A stretch of DNA of 46,359 bases from a virus. Of this stretch, positions 7,513-15,102 are shown piece by piece. The DNA lies in IMG/VR virus record IMGVR_UViG_3300050499_000085. The stretch is one strand, 5' to 3'. Positions within the stretch are counted from its first letter, which is position 1; each line of letters begins with the position of its first letter. The position numbers and the translations under genes were made by a program. The notes beneath the pieces are model-generated. The model was not told where the DNA came from and made no database searches. It saw only the letters and a list, made by a program, of their open reading frames with translations.

Positions 7513-7710
7513 TCATTCGGTCACTTCGTACATCTGCTTCACGCGGCCAACATCGCGCTTGCCGCGCTGGTGCTCTTTGCGGTGCCACTTCTGTCCGCCG
7601 CACAGCAGGCAGCGGTAATGGCGATGGTCGATCTCGCTCCACTGATGCGCGCAGTCCTGGGTGCGCGCGGCAGCGTCGTGTAGGTCTACTGAATTTGTCT
7701 GTGCGTCCAA
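7513..7710 (-). CDS. Hypothetical small protein, 65 aa, H/C-containing (zinc-finger-like HYRCLLCG)
   Basis: Track ORF in the operon. Its start overlaps the upstream gene by 25 nt, so the start is uncertain. Confidence 0.45.
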   Translation of the reverse strand: MDAQTNSVDLHDAAARTQDCAHQWSEIDHRHYRCLLCGGQKWHRKEHQRGKRDVGRVKQMYEVTE

Positions 7711-8270
7711 ACGGACACCCCCGTTATCTCATCGGTATAGTCAAGCTCTGGTTCGCACCAGCAATCCGGTTTAGCTTCATGTTCTTTTGTCAGTTCCGCG
7801 CGAGCGGCTTTAATGTTGATGCCGTGTCCCGGCGAAGTTTGCCCTCCTGGGGTGCAGAAGCGGGCGTGACATTGAGCACAGCATCCATTGGTGCAGCGGC
7901 TCCAATCTCGCGAAATGTCGCGGGCACAAACTACACACCGACATGCGTTCATCTGGATTCTCCGGTTAGTCTGTGGTGCGCAAGCAAGCTCGTCGCGGTT
8001 GCCGCCGTCTGCGGTGTAGCTCGCGTCTGCGTCGGGCTTGGTCATGTTCTGTCCGCTATAAGTCTGATGGTGTGTTAGCAATTCTTTCCTGATTCTCTTC
8101 GCCGTCCTGAGCACCGCATTTGCATGGTCGCGCATGCGAGCGCCTATCCAATTTCGATATTCGGCGCATGCTGCTTTTTCGATGTAGACCTCTGCTGTTA
8201 CTTCAAGTACGTGCGCGAAGTTGTAGCGGTATACCAGCTTGCGCAGTTCGTCTCGTGCTTCGGGGCTCAT
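7686..8270 (-). CDS. Hypothetical protein, 194 aa, with a Cys-rich C-terminal half (CRCVVC...CTNGCCAQCHARFC). Possible internal start at 7952.
   Basis: Track ORF. The internal ATG 7952 is preceded by the same GGAGAATCCA RBS cassette used by the two upstream genes. Confidence 0.55.
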   Translation of the reverse strand: MSPEARDELRKLVYRYNFAHVLEVTAEVYIEKAACAEYRNWIGARMRDHANAVLRTAKRIRKELLTHHQTYSGQNMTKPDADASYTADGGNRDELACAPQTNRRIQMNACRCVVCARDISRDWSRCTNGCCAQCHARFCTPGGQTSPGHGINIKAARAELTKEHEAKPDCWCEPELDYTDEITGVSVWTHRQIQ

Positions 8271-8569
8271 TTGGATTCTCCTGTCTGTTCTCCGGTTGGT
8301 CCAGCATCAAATACCGCGCGCATTTCGTCTCGCGCCAGCACAAGCGCAGCAATCCTTGGACCGGCATCAAACACCGCTTGCATTTCGTCTCGCGCACGCA
8401 CAAGCGCCGCGATCCTCGCCTCCGCGTCGCGTATGCGCTCGGCTAGCACATGCCCCGTAACGTAGATGTGCCCGCTGTAACTGGTTGAGCCTGCGGATAC
8501 CTCACCCCGGTCGTTTATCTGTGCCTTGCCTTGCAAGTCGTAAACTGCGTTCAGGTCTGCGTAGTTCAT
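8267..8569 (-). CDS. Hypothetical protein, 100 aa, containing a duplicated 20-aa segment
   Basis: ATG 8569 in ATGA overlap, GGAGAATCCAA RBS. Ends in TGESK like the upstream gene. Confidence 0.6.
   Translation of the reverse strand: MNYADLNAVYDLQGKAQINDRGEVSAGSTSYSGHIYVTGHVLAERIRDAEARIAALVRARDEMQAVFDAGPRIAALVLARDEMRAVFDAGPTGEQTGESK
8298..8417. repeat. 60-bp x 2 in-frame tandem duplication (about 50/60 identical)
   Basis: 8298-8357 aligned by eye against 8358-8417. Encodes RIAALV(R/L)ARDEM(Q/R)AVFDAGP twice. Confidence 0.85.
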
Positions 8570-8826
8570 TTGGATTCTCCCGTCTGCTGCGTGTGCTCCC
8601 ACAGGTTCTGGATGTACCAGCGCGCATTCACCAGCGAATCCACGCGCGCATTGAACTCGGTGCGCGCTTGCTCGTATGCGCTCAGTCCCTGCGGATAGTC
8701 CCGTGCATTCGGCTGCGCTCCAAGCATTGCGCGGATCGCTTGTTCAAGCGCAAGGTTGGCTTCCTCGTACTGCTCGTAGAAGTGCTGGCGTGGCGTGCCG
8801 TTCAGGTGGACGGTTGGCATCATCAT
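8566..8826 (-). CDS. Hypothetical protein, 86 aa
   Basis: Track ORF, coupled on both sides. Ends QTGESK. Confidence 0.6.
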   Translation of the reverse strand: MMMPTVHLNGTPRQHFYEQYEEANLALEQAIRAMLGAQPNARDYPQGLSAYEQARTEFNARVDSLVNARWYIQNLWEHTQQTGESK

Positions 8827-9287
8827 TTGGTGTTCTCCTTTTGGGAAATCATGTCATCGACTATATTTATCGCGGCGATCTGGCGCGCGTACTCTTCTGG
8901 CATTTCGGTTGCGTCAACTAGGTTCTGCCGGGCTAGGTCCAGCACGATTTGAAGTGCGGCGGCTTCGTCTGGCTCTTCTTCGTTGTCTCCCAAGTTGTGC
9001 AGCGATACATCGCACCCGTGGTCTTCGTATATCTGCAGGTCAGAGCCGATTGGCGCGTAGAATCCACCCGTATCGTAGAAGTCGATCTTGGCGTCAGCAC
9101 GCAACGTCAGGATGTAGTACCGGGCAGGTTTGCGGCGCGGGTAGCTGGTGCGCTTTTGAGCGGCACGCAATGCGCTCTCCGGTGTGTCTGCGCGTGCCCA
9201 ATGTCCGCCGATGCCCTCGGGAATGACGGCTACAAAGTCGAACGTGTTGTGCGCCAATTCTGCGGCGGCTTCGTCTGGTGTCATCAT
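8823..9287 (-). CDS. Hypothetical acidic protein, 154 aa
   Basis: Track ORF. Overlaps the next start by 4 nt. Confidence 0.65.
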   Translation of the reverse strand: MMTPDEAAAELAHNTFDFVAVIPEGIGGHWARADTPESALRAAQKRTSYPRRKPARYYILTLRADAKIDFYDTGGFYAPIGSDLQIYEDHGCDVSLHNLGDNEEEPDEAAALQIVLDLARQNLVDATEMPEEYARQIAAINIVDDMISQKENTK

Positions 9288-9298
9288 TGCGCTCTCTC

Positions 9299-9493
9299 CT
9301 ATAGGTCCAATGCGCTCTGTTGCTCGGTGCGCGCGGGCCGGTTAATGGCGGTCAGTGCGCCTATCAGTTCTGCGATGCGCGAGGCCGACACTTGCGCGTA
9401 ACACTTGCCGCTGTCGTCCATGTCGTACTCGCACGCCTCAAGCAGTTCTGTCGCGGCTTGGATGAGCCGCTGTGTCGTGGTCGGTGTAATCAT
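9299..9493 (-). CDS. Hypothetical protein, 64 aa
   Basis: ATG 9493 in ATGA overlap with the upstream stop at 9490. The longer track ORF (to 9970) is an Arg-rich overlap. Confidence 0.5.
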   Translation of the reverse strand: MITPTTTQRLIQAATELLEACEYDMDDSGKCYAQVSASRIAELIGALTAINRPARTEQQSALDL

Positions 9494-9684
9494 CTGACTG
9501 TGTCCCTGTGGTTGCGCGAAGCATCTGCGGCGGTGACGTAGGCGATAGTCTTGCGGTAGTGATGCGTGCGTTTGCATGCGTAGCAGTACGCATACACCAG
9601 CGCGTGAGCGCCTAGGGTGTAGCTGTACACTGTCCCTTGGCAGTAGGGGCACGGTGCGCCGTTGTCTGTGTGGTATTGGCTCAT
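9490..9684 (-). CDS. Zinc-ribbon-like small protein, 64 aa (CPYC...CYAC)
   Basis: AAAGGAGAA RBS. Two CxxC pairs. Confidence 0.6.
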   Translation of the reverse strand: MSQYHTDNGAPCPYCQGTVYSYTLGAHALVYAYCYACKRTHHYRKTIAYVTAADASRNHRDTVR

Positions 9685-9696
9685 TGTCGTTCTCCT

Positions 9697-10086
9697 TTAG
9701 CAGACCGCGATTCCGTCGCCGCTGTAGTTCGTATCCGTCAGCGGCTCGCGTGCGACGTACAGCGAGCAGCCGCGCGGGTCGGTCTGGTGGAAGTAGTGCA
9801 ATCCGTTGCGCTCGCAGGTTGCGGCTATGCGCTTTAGTGCGCCCGTCTCTTTGTCTGGAACCGGGCGGCGGTATGACTTGCCAATGCGCGGATGTGTCAC
9901 TAAGAACGGGCGCTTGGTCTTCTCGTCGCGTTCTATGCCCCATGAGGCGCGGTCGTTGCCGTCGCCACATTCAAGCTCACCCCATCTGGTTAGAGTCTTC
10001 TCGGCGCGGGCGAGCGTTATGGCCTCGTCGTAGGGAATGTTCAGGCGTCTCACCAGCTTTGACGCTACTTCTCGGGCGGTGCTCAT
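9697..10086 (-). CDS. Hypothetical protein, 129 aa
   Basis: ATG 10086 with GGAGAA RBS. ATGA overlap. Confidence 0.65.
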   Translation of the reverse strand: MSTAREVASKLVRRLNIPYDEAITLARAEKTLTRWGELECGDGNDRASWGIERDEKTKRPFLVTHPRIGKSYRRPVPDKETGALKRIAATCERNGLHYFHQTDPRGCSLYVAREPLTDTNYSGDGIAVC

Positions 10087-10403
10087 GGTCTGTTCTCCTC
10101 TTGTTCCGGCCAAACATAGGCGGCTTCGTTTTCGTTCCATTCCATCCCGAACGGGATAAGCCAGCAGTCTCCATCTTGATGTACGTGGTATGACACATGG
10201 GTAACCGGGTCTGTGACCACTGCGCTATTGAGCACGGTATCCCAAGCATCCCAATACCATTCCTCATCGGGTCCATCCAGCAAGCACGTCCAAGTCTCGT
10301 CGTCTATTCCGGCGACGCATTCGCGCTTTGTCTGCTCGGCGAAACTTTGCGGAAGGTAAATTCCGCGTGAGTCATTCAGATACAAAACGGGTTCTGGTTT
10401 CAT
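10083..10403 (-). CDS. Hypothetical acidic Trp-rich protein, 106 aa
   Basis: ATG 10403 with AGGAGA RBS. ATGA overlap. Confidence 0.65.
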   Translation of the reverse strand: MKPEPVLYLNDSRGIYLPQSFAEQTKRECVAGIDDETWTCLLDGPDEEWYWDAWDTVLNSAVVTDPVTHVSYHVHQDGDCWLIPFGMEWNENEAAYVWPEQEENRP

Positions 10404-10669
10404 GGTTTGCTCTCCTGTTCTCTGCGGCGTTGCAGGTAGGCTCGCGCGGCCTCTTCGCCGCACGTTGCCTGTATCCAATCGCAAACGAAAGCAATCCCGG
10501 TGACGCCGTGCTCGCGCACGTACCGGACACGAGTCATTGGCAAGTTAAATTCCTGCGCGATGTCTCGGATAGTCTTGTGGTTTATCCGCATCAATCTGCG
10601 GATGCTTGCGCCGCTGAGTGAGTCTCCTAAGTGCTCGGCTAGTGCTCGGCTTCGGTCCACTGCTTTCAT
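10400..10669 (-). CDS. Helix-turn-helix DNA-binding protein, 89 aa
   Basis: ATG 10669 with GGAGAAG RBS. HTH-like IRRLMRINHKTIRDIAQEFNLPMTRVRYV. Lies 16 nt downstream of the 14-bp repeat array. Confidence 0.65.
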   Translation of the reverse strand: MKAVDRSRALAEHLGDSLSGASIRRLMRINHKTIRDIAQEFNLPMTRVRYVREHGVTGIAFVCDWIQATCGEEAARAYLQRRREQESKP

Positions 10670-10684
10670 TTGCTTCTCCTCGTA

Positions 10685-10782
10685 TGCGCTCGGTTGCGTG
10701 CGCTCGGTTGTCTGCGCTCGGTGCTCTGCGCTCGGTGCTCTGCGCTCGGTGCTCTGCGCTCGGTGCTCTGCGCTCGGTTGCA
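10685..10782. repeat. Iteron-like array: 7 head-to-tail copies of a 14-bp unit TGCGCTCGGTGCTC (4 perfect, 3 variant)
   Basis: Units at 10685, 10699, 10713, 10727, 10741, 10755, 10769. Two related AGTGCTCGGCT copies at 10629-10651. A 14-bp period is not a multiple of 3. Confidence 0.9.
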
Positions 10783-10898
10783 TGTCCTGGTGCTGCTGCT
10801 TCTTGCTGTTCGTGCGCGTTTCCGCTGAGGGCGGGCCAGATAGCAGCGCGGTAGTTCGCGCTGGTAGCTGGAGCCGTCCGGCTCTGATGCAGCCGACG

Positions 10899-10925
10899 GA
10901 GCCGCCGCGACTGGTGCGGCGGCTC
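10899..10925 (-). promoter_or_regulatory. 10-bp GC-rich hairpin after the 61-aa gene (no U-tract)
   Basis: GAGCCGCCGC (10899-10908) / GCGGCGGCTC (10916-10925), 7-nt loop. Confidence 0.35.
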
Positions 10926-10935
10926 GATCTGCGGC

Positions 10936-11121
10936 TCAGAGCAGCACGATTTCCCGATAGGCCGAGTGAACTTGTCGATCGTCGGCGTGGCGGTGCACGC
11001 TGAACTCCACGCCAGCACATGCGACGGCGCGAGCGTCGGCGTACTCGATTGCGTTCTGGTAGGTCATCTGGTCTTCCCAGACAATCCCGCGTTCGTCTAT
11101 CACGTAATAGAAGGGGATCAC
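10936..11121 (-). CDS. Hypothetical protein, 61 aa
   Basis: Track ORF. Starts 2 nt after the upstream stop. Confidence 0.5.
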   Translation of the reverse strand: MIPFYYVIDERGIVWEDQMTYQNAIEYADARAVACAGVEFSVHRHADDRQVHSAYREIVLL

Positions 11122-11122
11122 G

Positions 11123-11356
11123 TTAGTTGCTCCGGTAGGCGTTGGCGGAGAAGGCCGGCAGCCCGGCGAGCGCGAGCGGCCCGCTCGTGGTGCTCACCAG
11201 CATGGTTTTGCCGGTCTTGCTCGGGCGCAACTTGATGGCCGGGTTAAACAGATAGCCGATCCGGCCGTCACTCATGCGGACAAGTGCATAGTTGTCGTCC
11301 GTGCTCGTGTGCAGCGTTTCGGCGACGGAAACGGCGCCGTTGTCTTTCGCGTTCAT
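11123..11356 (-). CDS. First gene of the leftward operon, hypothetical, 77 aa
   Basis: ATG 11356 preceded by AAAGGGGA. The track start at 11419 adds a His-rich leader inside the control region. Confidence 0.6.
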   Translation of the reverse strand: MNAKDNGAVSVAETLHTSTDDNYALVRMSDGRIGYLFNPAIKLRPSKTGKTMLVSTTSGPLALAGLPAFSANAYRSN

Positions 11357-11470
11357 GTGTCGATCCCCTTTGCGGTGGTGGTGGATGAAGTGTTGCGAGT
11401 TCGATGATGCAAGGGGCATGCCATGCCAAAAGCATTACGTTTCAGGCACCCATCAAAAAGCATGCCAGCA

Positions 11471-11516
11471 AATGTGACGTTTTACGGCGGCAGATTGTGA
11501 CGTACAGCGTCACATT
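11471..11516. promoter_or_regulatory. Operator-like sites: three TGTGACG half-sites, including a perfect palindrome TGTGACGtacagCGTCACA
   Basis: AATGTGACG at 11471-11479. Palindrome at 11496-11514. CGTCACATT (11508-11516) is the exact reverse complement of the first site. Lies in the 370-bp divergent intergenic region. Confidence 0.5.
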
Positions 11517-11791
11517 CCGTTGGCATAGTCCGTGCGGGGTGGCGGTTTTTGGGTGGCATGGCGTTTGCATGTATTCGGGTAGGGCGCCCAGCGGTTAGGC
11601 CCCCGAGATTCAGGCAGGGTGCAAGGCGGATCAGGTTCACGGAACCGCCCCCGGATAGCGCAGTGATCGCGAGGTCTTCCGGGCAGATAGTTGCACTCGG
11701 GATATAACCTGACTCGATTGCTCTTTTCCAGAAGGACTCCAATGGCAAGCCGCTGGCTTGCCGTGGGTGTCTTTCACTAAGGGAGGTTCAG

Positions 11792-11977
11792 ATGGTCGTG
11801 TATCGCATGAATGAGACGGCGGAGTTTCGGGCACATGTGCATGAGTACGTTTTACTGGATGACCGGCTGATTGGTCTGAGTTACTTCGTGTGTCGGGTGT
11901 GTGAGCAGGCAGTCCCGATTGCCTTGGTGCGGGCGTTCGCACCGGAATGCATCGTTGCGGAGGGGAAAGATGTTTAA
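11792..11977 (+). CDS. First gene of the rightward operon, hypothetical, 61 aa
   Basis: Strong AAGGGAGG RBS 5 nt before the ATG. Confidence 0.55.
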   Translation: MVVYRMNETAEFRAHVHEYVLLDDRLIGLSYFVCRVCEQAVPIALVRAFAPECIVAEGKDV

Positions 11978-12143
11978 GGTTCAGGTCAGGTCGGCGGGTG
12001 TGTGGGTGACGTTGGCGGTTCGCAATTGCATGGATTGTTGCCGCACGATGGTTCGGGATTGGGAAGCGGACGGCTATGAGATGAGGATTGTTGGCGAGGC
12101 CGTGTGTGCTGACGGTTGCCGCAATCAGATGGTTTTTACGTAG
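11970..12143 (+). CDS. Hypothetical Cys-rich protein, 57 aa
   Basis: ATG 11970 after GGAGGGG. The track ORF start (11901) is an Arg-rich overlap. Confidence 0.5.
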   Translation: MFKVQVRSAGVWVTLAVRNCMDCCRTMVRDWEADGYEMRIVGEAVCADGCRNQMVFT

Positions 12144-12230
12144 GACTTCGGCGGGAGGGTTCACCCTCTCGCAGGCGTCTTGCCTGGAAGGCTTACCGGC
12201 GCCGAGTCCGGTACTGGATTGGAGGTTGTT

Positions 12231-13319
12231 ATGGAACTTATGCAAGCGTCGCGTCAGTGGGCGTCACGTCCGCAGGATGAACGGTTCGTCTCTTTGTTGG
12301 AGTTGCACGCATTCACTAAGCAGGTTCGCGAGAACAGCCGGGCGAAAGTGCTTTCCTCGCGTGATGTGGTGATGCAGCCAGTTGAAGGCGACGCACGCGG
12401 GCTCGTGTGCGTCGGGCCGAATGGCGGACCCGTTGCGTTGACGCACTGGTCGTTCGGACAGTTCGCGGGGCTTGCGGGTTCGCCCGCTGGTTATCTGCGG
12501 GAGCTCCCGGCGCCGCTGGCGGCTGATTGCCTCAACTACGGGATGCACGTTAAGCGTGACATTCAGGACGTTGGGGTGTTGCTCTATAAGAACGGCGGCA
12601 CGCCGGAGGTTCGCGCGGCGACGGGGCCCGGCTACGGTCGCGTATGGAATGAGTCGATCGTCGGCTCGCTGGTCGATCGCTTCGGCGATGGCGTGACAGG
12701 TGATTGGCGCGTCCCGGGTGAGTTTGGGAAGTCGATCACGGTCACGAAGGACAATACAACGCTGTACGCATCTGATCGGGACATGTTCGTGTTTCTGGCT
12801 GATGAGCAGAACAGAATCACTGTCCCGGGTCGGCGCTATGGTGCACCGGGCGAAATGGCGCGCGGCTTCTTTGTTTGGAACAGTGAGACGGGCTCGCGCA
12901 CATTGGGCGTGGCTACCTTCCTTTTCGATTACGTGTGCTGCAATAGGATTGTGTGGGGCGCCGAGCAATACAAGCATGTGACGATCCGGCATACCGCAGG
13001 CGCACCGGATAGATTCCTTGAGGAAGTGGGGCCAGCACTGCGGGAGATGAGTCAGTCATCGTCCCATGATGTGGTTGCACTGATCGGGGAGGCGAAGAAA
13101 AAGCGGGTCGATAACGTCGATGAGTTTCTGGCGAAGCGGTTCACGAAGTCGCAAGCGAAGGCTATTGCAGCGGCGCATCTGTCTGACGAAGGGCGCCCGA
13201 TTGAGTCGCTGTGGGACGTGACTACGGGCGTGACCGCCTATGCTCGTGGCATTCAGTACCAGGATGAACGGGTGGCGTTGGAGCGGGAAGCGGGAAAAAT
13301 CCTCGACATGGCTGCGTAG
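12231..13319 (+). CDS. DUF932-family protein (phage/plasmid-like), 362 aa
   Basis: Motifs typical of DUF932: GPGYGRVWN, LYASDRDMFVFL, RGFFVWNSETGSRTLG, VCCNRIVWG, IRHTAGAP. GGAGG RBS before ATG 12231. Confidence 0.8.
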   Translation: MELMQASRQWASRPQDERFVSLLELHAFTKQVRENSRAKVLSSRDVVMQPVEGDARGLVCVGPNGGPVALTHWSFGQFAGLAGSPAGYLRELPAPLAADCLNYGMHVKRDIQDVGVLLYKNGGTPEVRAATGPGYGRVWNESIVGSLVDRFGDGVTGDWRVPGEFGKSITVTKDNTTLYASDRDMFVFLADEQNRITVPGRRYGAPGEMARGFFVWNSETGSRTLGVATFLFDYVCCNRIVWGAEQYKHVTIRHTAGAPDRFLEEVGPALREMSQSSSHDVVALIGEAKKKRVDNVDEFLAKRFTKSQAKAIAAAHLSDEGRPIESLWDVTTGVTAYARGIQYQDERVALEREAGKILDMAA

Positions 13320-13369
13320 TCAAACTCGGGGCGGGCGCGGTGCTCGCCCCATTTCTTGGGGGTGACGAA

Positions 13370-13579
13370 ATGGAGAAGCTGTTAAGCGCGGCGTGCGATC
13401 TCATCATTGCTGCGAAGGTGGTAACGCCGGAAAAGTTGGAAATTCCCTTGCCGGTGTTTAACGCGCTCTGGAAGGCGGCGATGGATGCTTACGCGGCGGA
13501 GCATACGGCGCGGGGGTTGGAGCGCAGCGGGTTGACTCGCTGCGTGGATGACGAAAGCGCGGAGAGGGGGCAGGCATGA
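13370..13579 (+). CDS. Hypothetical protein, 69 aa (alternative GTG start at 13340)
   Basis: GGGGG 7 nt before ATG 13370. Stop overlaps the next start. Confidence 0.5.
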   Translation: MEKLLSAACDLIIAAKVVTPEKLEIPLPVFNALWKAAMDAYAAEHTARGLERSGLTRCVDDESAERGQA

Positions 13580-13773
13580 AAGCAAAGAAACTGTATGAGG
13601 CGGCGCGTGATGTGGTCGCCAGTTGGCGAGACGGCGGCTGCGTTTATGATGCCGTCGTAGACCATGAGGCGCTGTGTGTGCTGCGGGCTGCGGTGGATGC
13701 GGAAACGATCCGGCGCCACGAGATCGAGCGCGCGCTGGTTCAGGTGCTCGGCAAGCTGAAGGGGGTCGCATGA
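13576..13773 (+). CDS. Hypothetical protein, 65 aa
   Basis: ATGA overlaps at both ends. Confidence 0.55.
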   Translation: MKAKKLYEAARDVVASWRDGGCVYDAVVDHEALCVLRAAVDAETIRRHEIERALVQVLGKLKGVA

Positions 13774-14069
13774 CAGCCGATTTTGATGGATGGGTGACAG
13801 GACCGCAGGCCAAGTGGGGTTACAAATACCACTTGGCGCACCGGGCGATGATGGACCCGGAACCACAATGGCCGTCTGGCTGGTGCACGGTCTGGGGCGT
13901 CGATCGGCCGCGCGGGGTGTGGATGGGCGTTATTGAGAATCCGATGGATGCGGAGGCGTTGTGGCGCGGCATGGGGCGCGGTTACTTGGGCGGCGGCTCT
14001 TGGGCTGCGTTCGATTGGCTCGGCTCCCTGTTCGTTGAAGGCTGGCGCAAGGGAATCTCTGTGGGGTAG
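13770..14069 (+). CDS. Hypothetical Trp-rich protein, 99 aa
   Basis: ATG 13770 in ATGA overlap. The upstream part of the track ORF is a low-complexity overlap. Confidence 0.6.
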   Translation: MTADFDGWVTGPQAKWGYKYHLAHRAMMDPEPQWPSGWCTVWGVDRPRGVWMGVIENPMDAEALWRGMGRGYLGGGSWAAFDWLGSLFVEGWRKGISVG

Positions 14070-14151
14070 TGTTGCCAAACAAGCGAGGGCGGCGCCATAA
14101 TGCGGGCGCTGCTCTCGTTTCCGCGAAGCAGTCCGCCGGGGAGGGTGGAGG

Positions 14152-14532
14152 GTGCAGGTGAGATTGAACGATCAGGCGCAGATCGACCGCGCCATTGCTT
14201 TCTGTGAGTCGCTGCGCATGCGTGGCGAGTTGTCCGCTTTTGACTGCGCTCGTGCTGTGGCGCAGTGCCGTAGGCGCGTCTGGCTGCTCGCTGCTCGTCG
14301 TTCGCCTTCGCGAGGGTCGAGCCGCTGGCATGGCATCGAGCGCCGAGCGGAGGCTATACCATCCCCTGCAAGCCAGCAGGATGCGGCTTGCGTTCCAGAC
14401 AACGTGTCTGCGCGAATGCAAACCGGAGCCTGTGAGGTACTTCCAAGTCACCCCCCGGTCCAAGGAAATGCAGGCTCCTCTTCGATTTCAAATGAGGCCG
14501 CGCAGCGGTCCATAGAAAAGAGCGCCGCATGA
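14152..14532 (+). CDS. Doubtful ORF, 126 aa
   Basis: GTG start after GGAGGGTGGAGG. The first ~45 codons look protein-like. The second half has weak GC3 and is low complexity. Confidence 0.3.
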   Translation: MQVRLNDQAQIDRAIAFCESLRMRGELSAFDCARAVAQCRRRVWLLAARRSPSRGSSRWHGIERRAEAIPSPASQQDAACVPDNVSARMQTGACEVLPSHPPVQGNAGSSSISNEAAQRSIEKSAA

Positions 14533-14744
14533 GCAATCATCCTGGGAAGTTGAGGCCATTGGCGAAGCCAAGCGAGCGGATGAAGAAAAACCGGCTTGCG
14601 AAGGCAAGATCGCAACAAGGCATAGGCCAAATGAGCATGTGGCCTATCGTTCACAAGCGCGAGCTTAGGCACAGAGCGGAGCAAGAGGCCCAGGAGAAGG
14701 CGCGGCAGAAGGCCATGCGGATTGATAGTGTGAGGCGACTATGA
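14529..14744 (+). CDS. Small basic protein, 71 aa
   Basis: ATGA overlaps at both ends. Lys/Arg-rich helical sequence. Confidence 0.4.
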   Translation: MSNHPGKLRPLAKPSERMKKNRLAKARSQQGIGQMSMWPIVHKRELRHRAEQEAQEKARQKAMRIDSVRRL

Positions 14745-14935
14745 GCAAGCGGTCTAAGCGGAAGAAGCTGGCCCGGCGTGCGGCTTATGCTCGTATTCTT
14801 GAAGGGCAGGCGAGTGTGCTGGAGGAGCGTGCTTCGCAGCTTGGTGAAGTTGAGCAGGCCAAGCGTCAGGCTGCGGAGTTGTACAGGCGAATTGCTGCAG
14901 CTAGGCGCAAGGATATTGCTGAGAGGGAATCATGA
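14741..14935 (+). CDS. Small basic coiled-coil protein, 64 aa
   Basis: ATGA overlaps at both ends. Confidence 0.45.
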   Translation: MSKRSKRKKLARRAAYARILEGQASVLEERASQLGEVEQAKRQAAELYRRIAAARRKDIAERES

Positions 14936-15102
14936 CGCGGGCTGAGTGGATGGTGAACCGCATGAACCAGCGCACAGAAGAGCGTTGGGATGAGCAGGCG
15001 AGGCTTAAGCGCAGCGCGCAGGCGAGGGCAGGATGGCGCAAGGCGAAGAGGCGACTGGCGGCAAGTAAGGCTCCTGTTGGCAAGGCGCAGAGAAAAGCCT
15101 AA
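14932..15102 (+). CDS. Small basic protein, 56 aa (MTRAEWMVNRMNQRTEERWDEQARLKRS...)
   Basis: Not in the track. ATG 14932 in ATGA overlap. Stop TAA at 15100-15102. Confidence 0.4.
   Translation: MTRAEWMVNRMNQRTEERWDEQARLKRSAQARAGWRKAKRRLAASKAPVGKAQRKA

Noticed and set aside
10685-10782. Possible CRISPR array.
   Set aside because: The repeats are only 14 bp and directly abutting, with no spacers, and there are no cas genes. It is therefore a tandem (iteron-type) repeat, not CRISPR.
10400-11020. 206-aa ORF reading through the 14-bp repeat array, and the 157-aa ORF at 10545-11018.
   Set aside because: The upstream part is Arg/Ser-rich and overlaps the 61-aa gene. It would translate a 14-bp repeat in all three frames. 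A good RBS plus ATG at 10669 gives a compact HTH protein instead.
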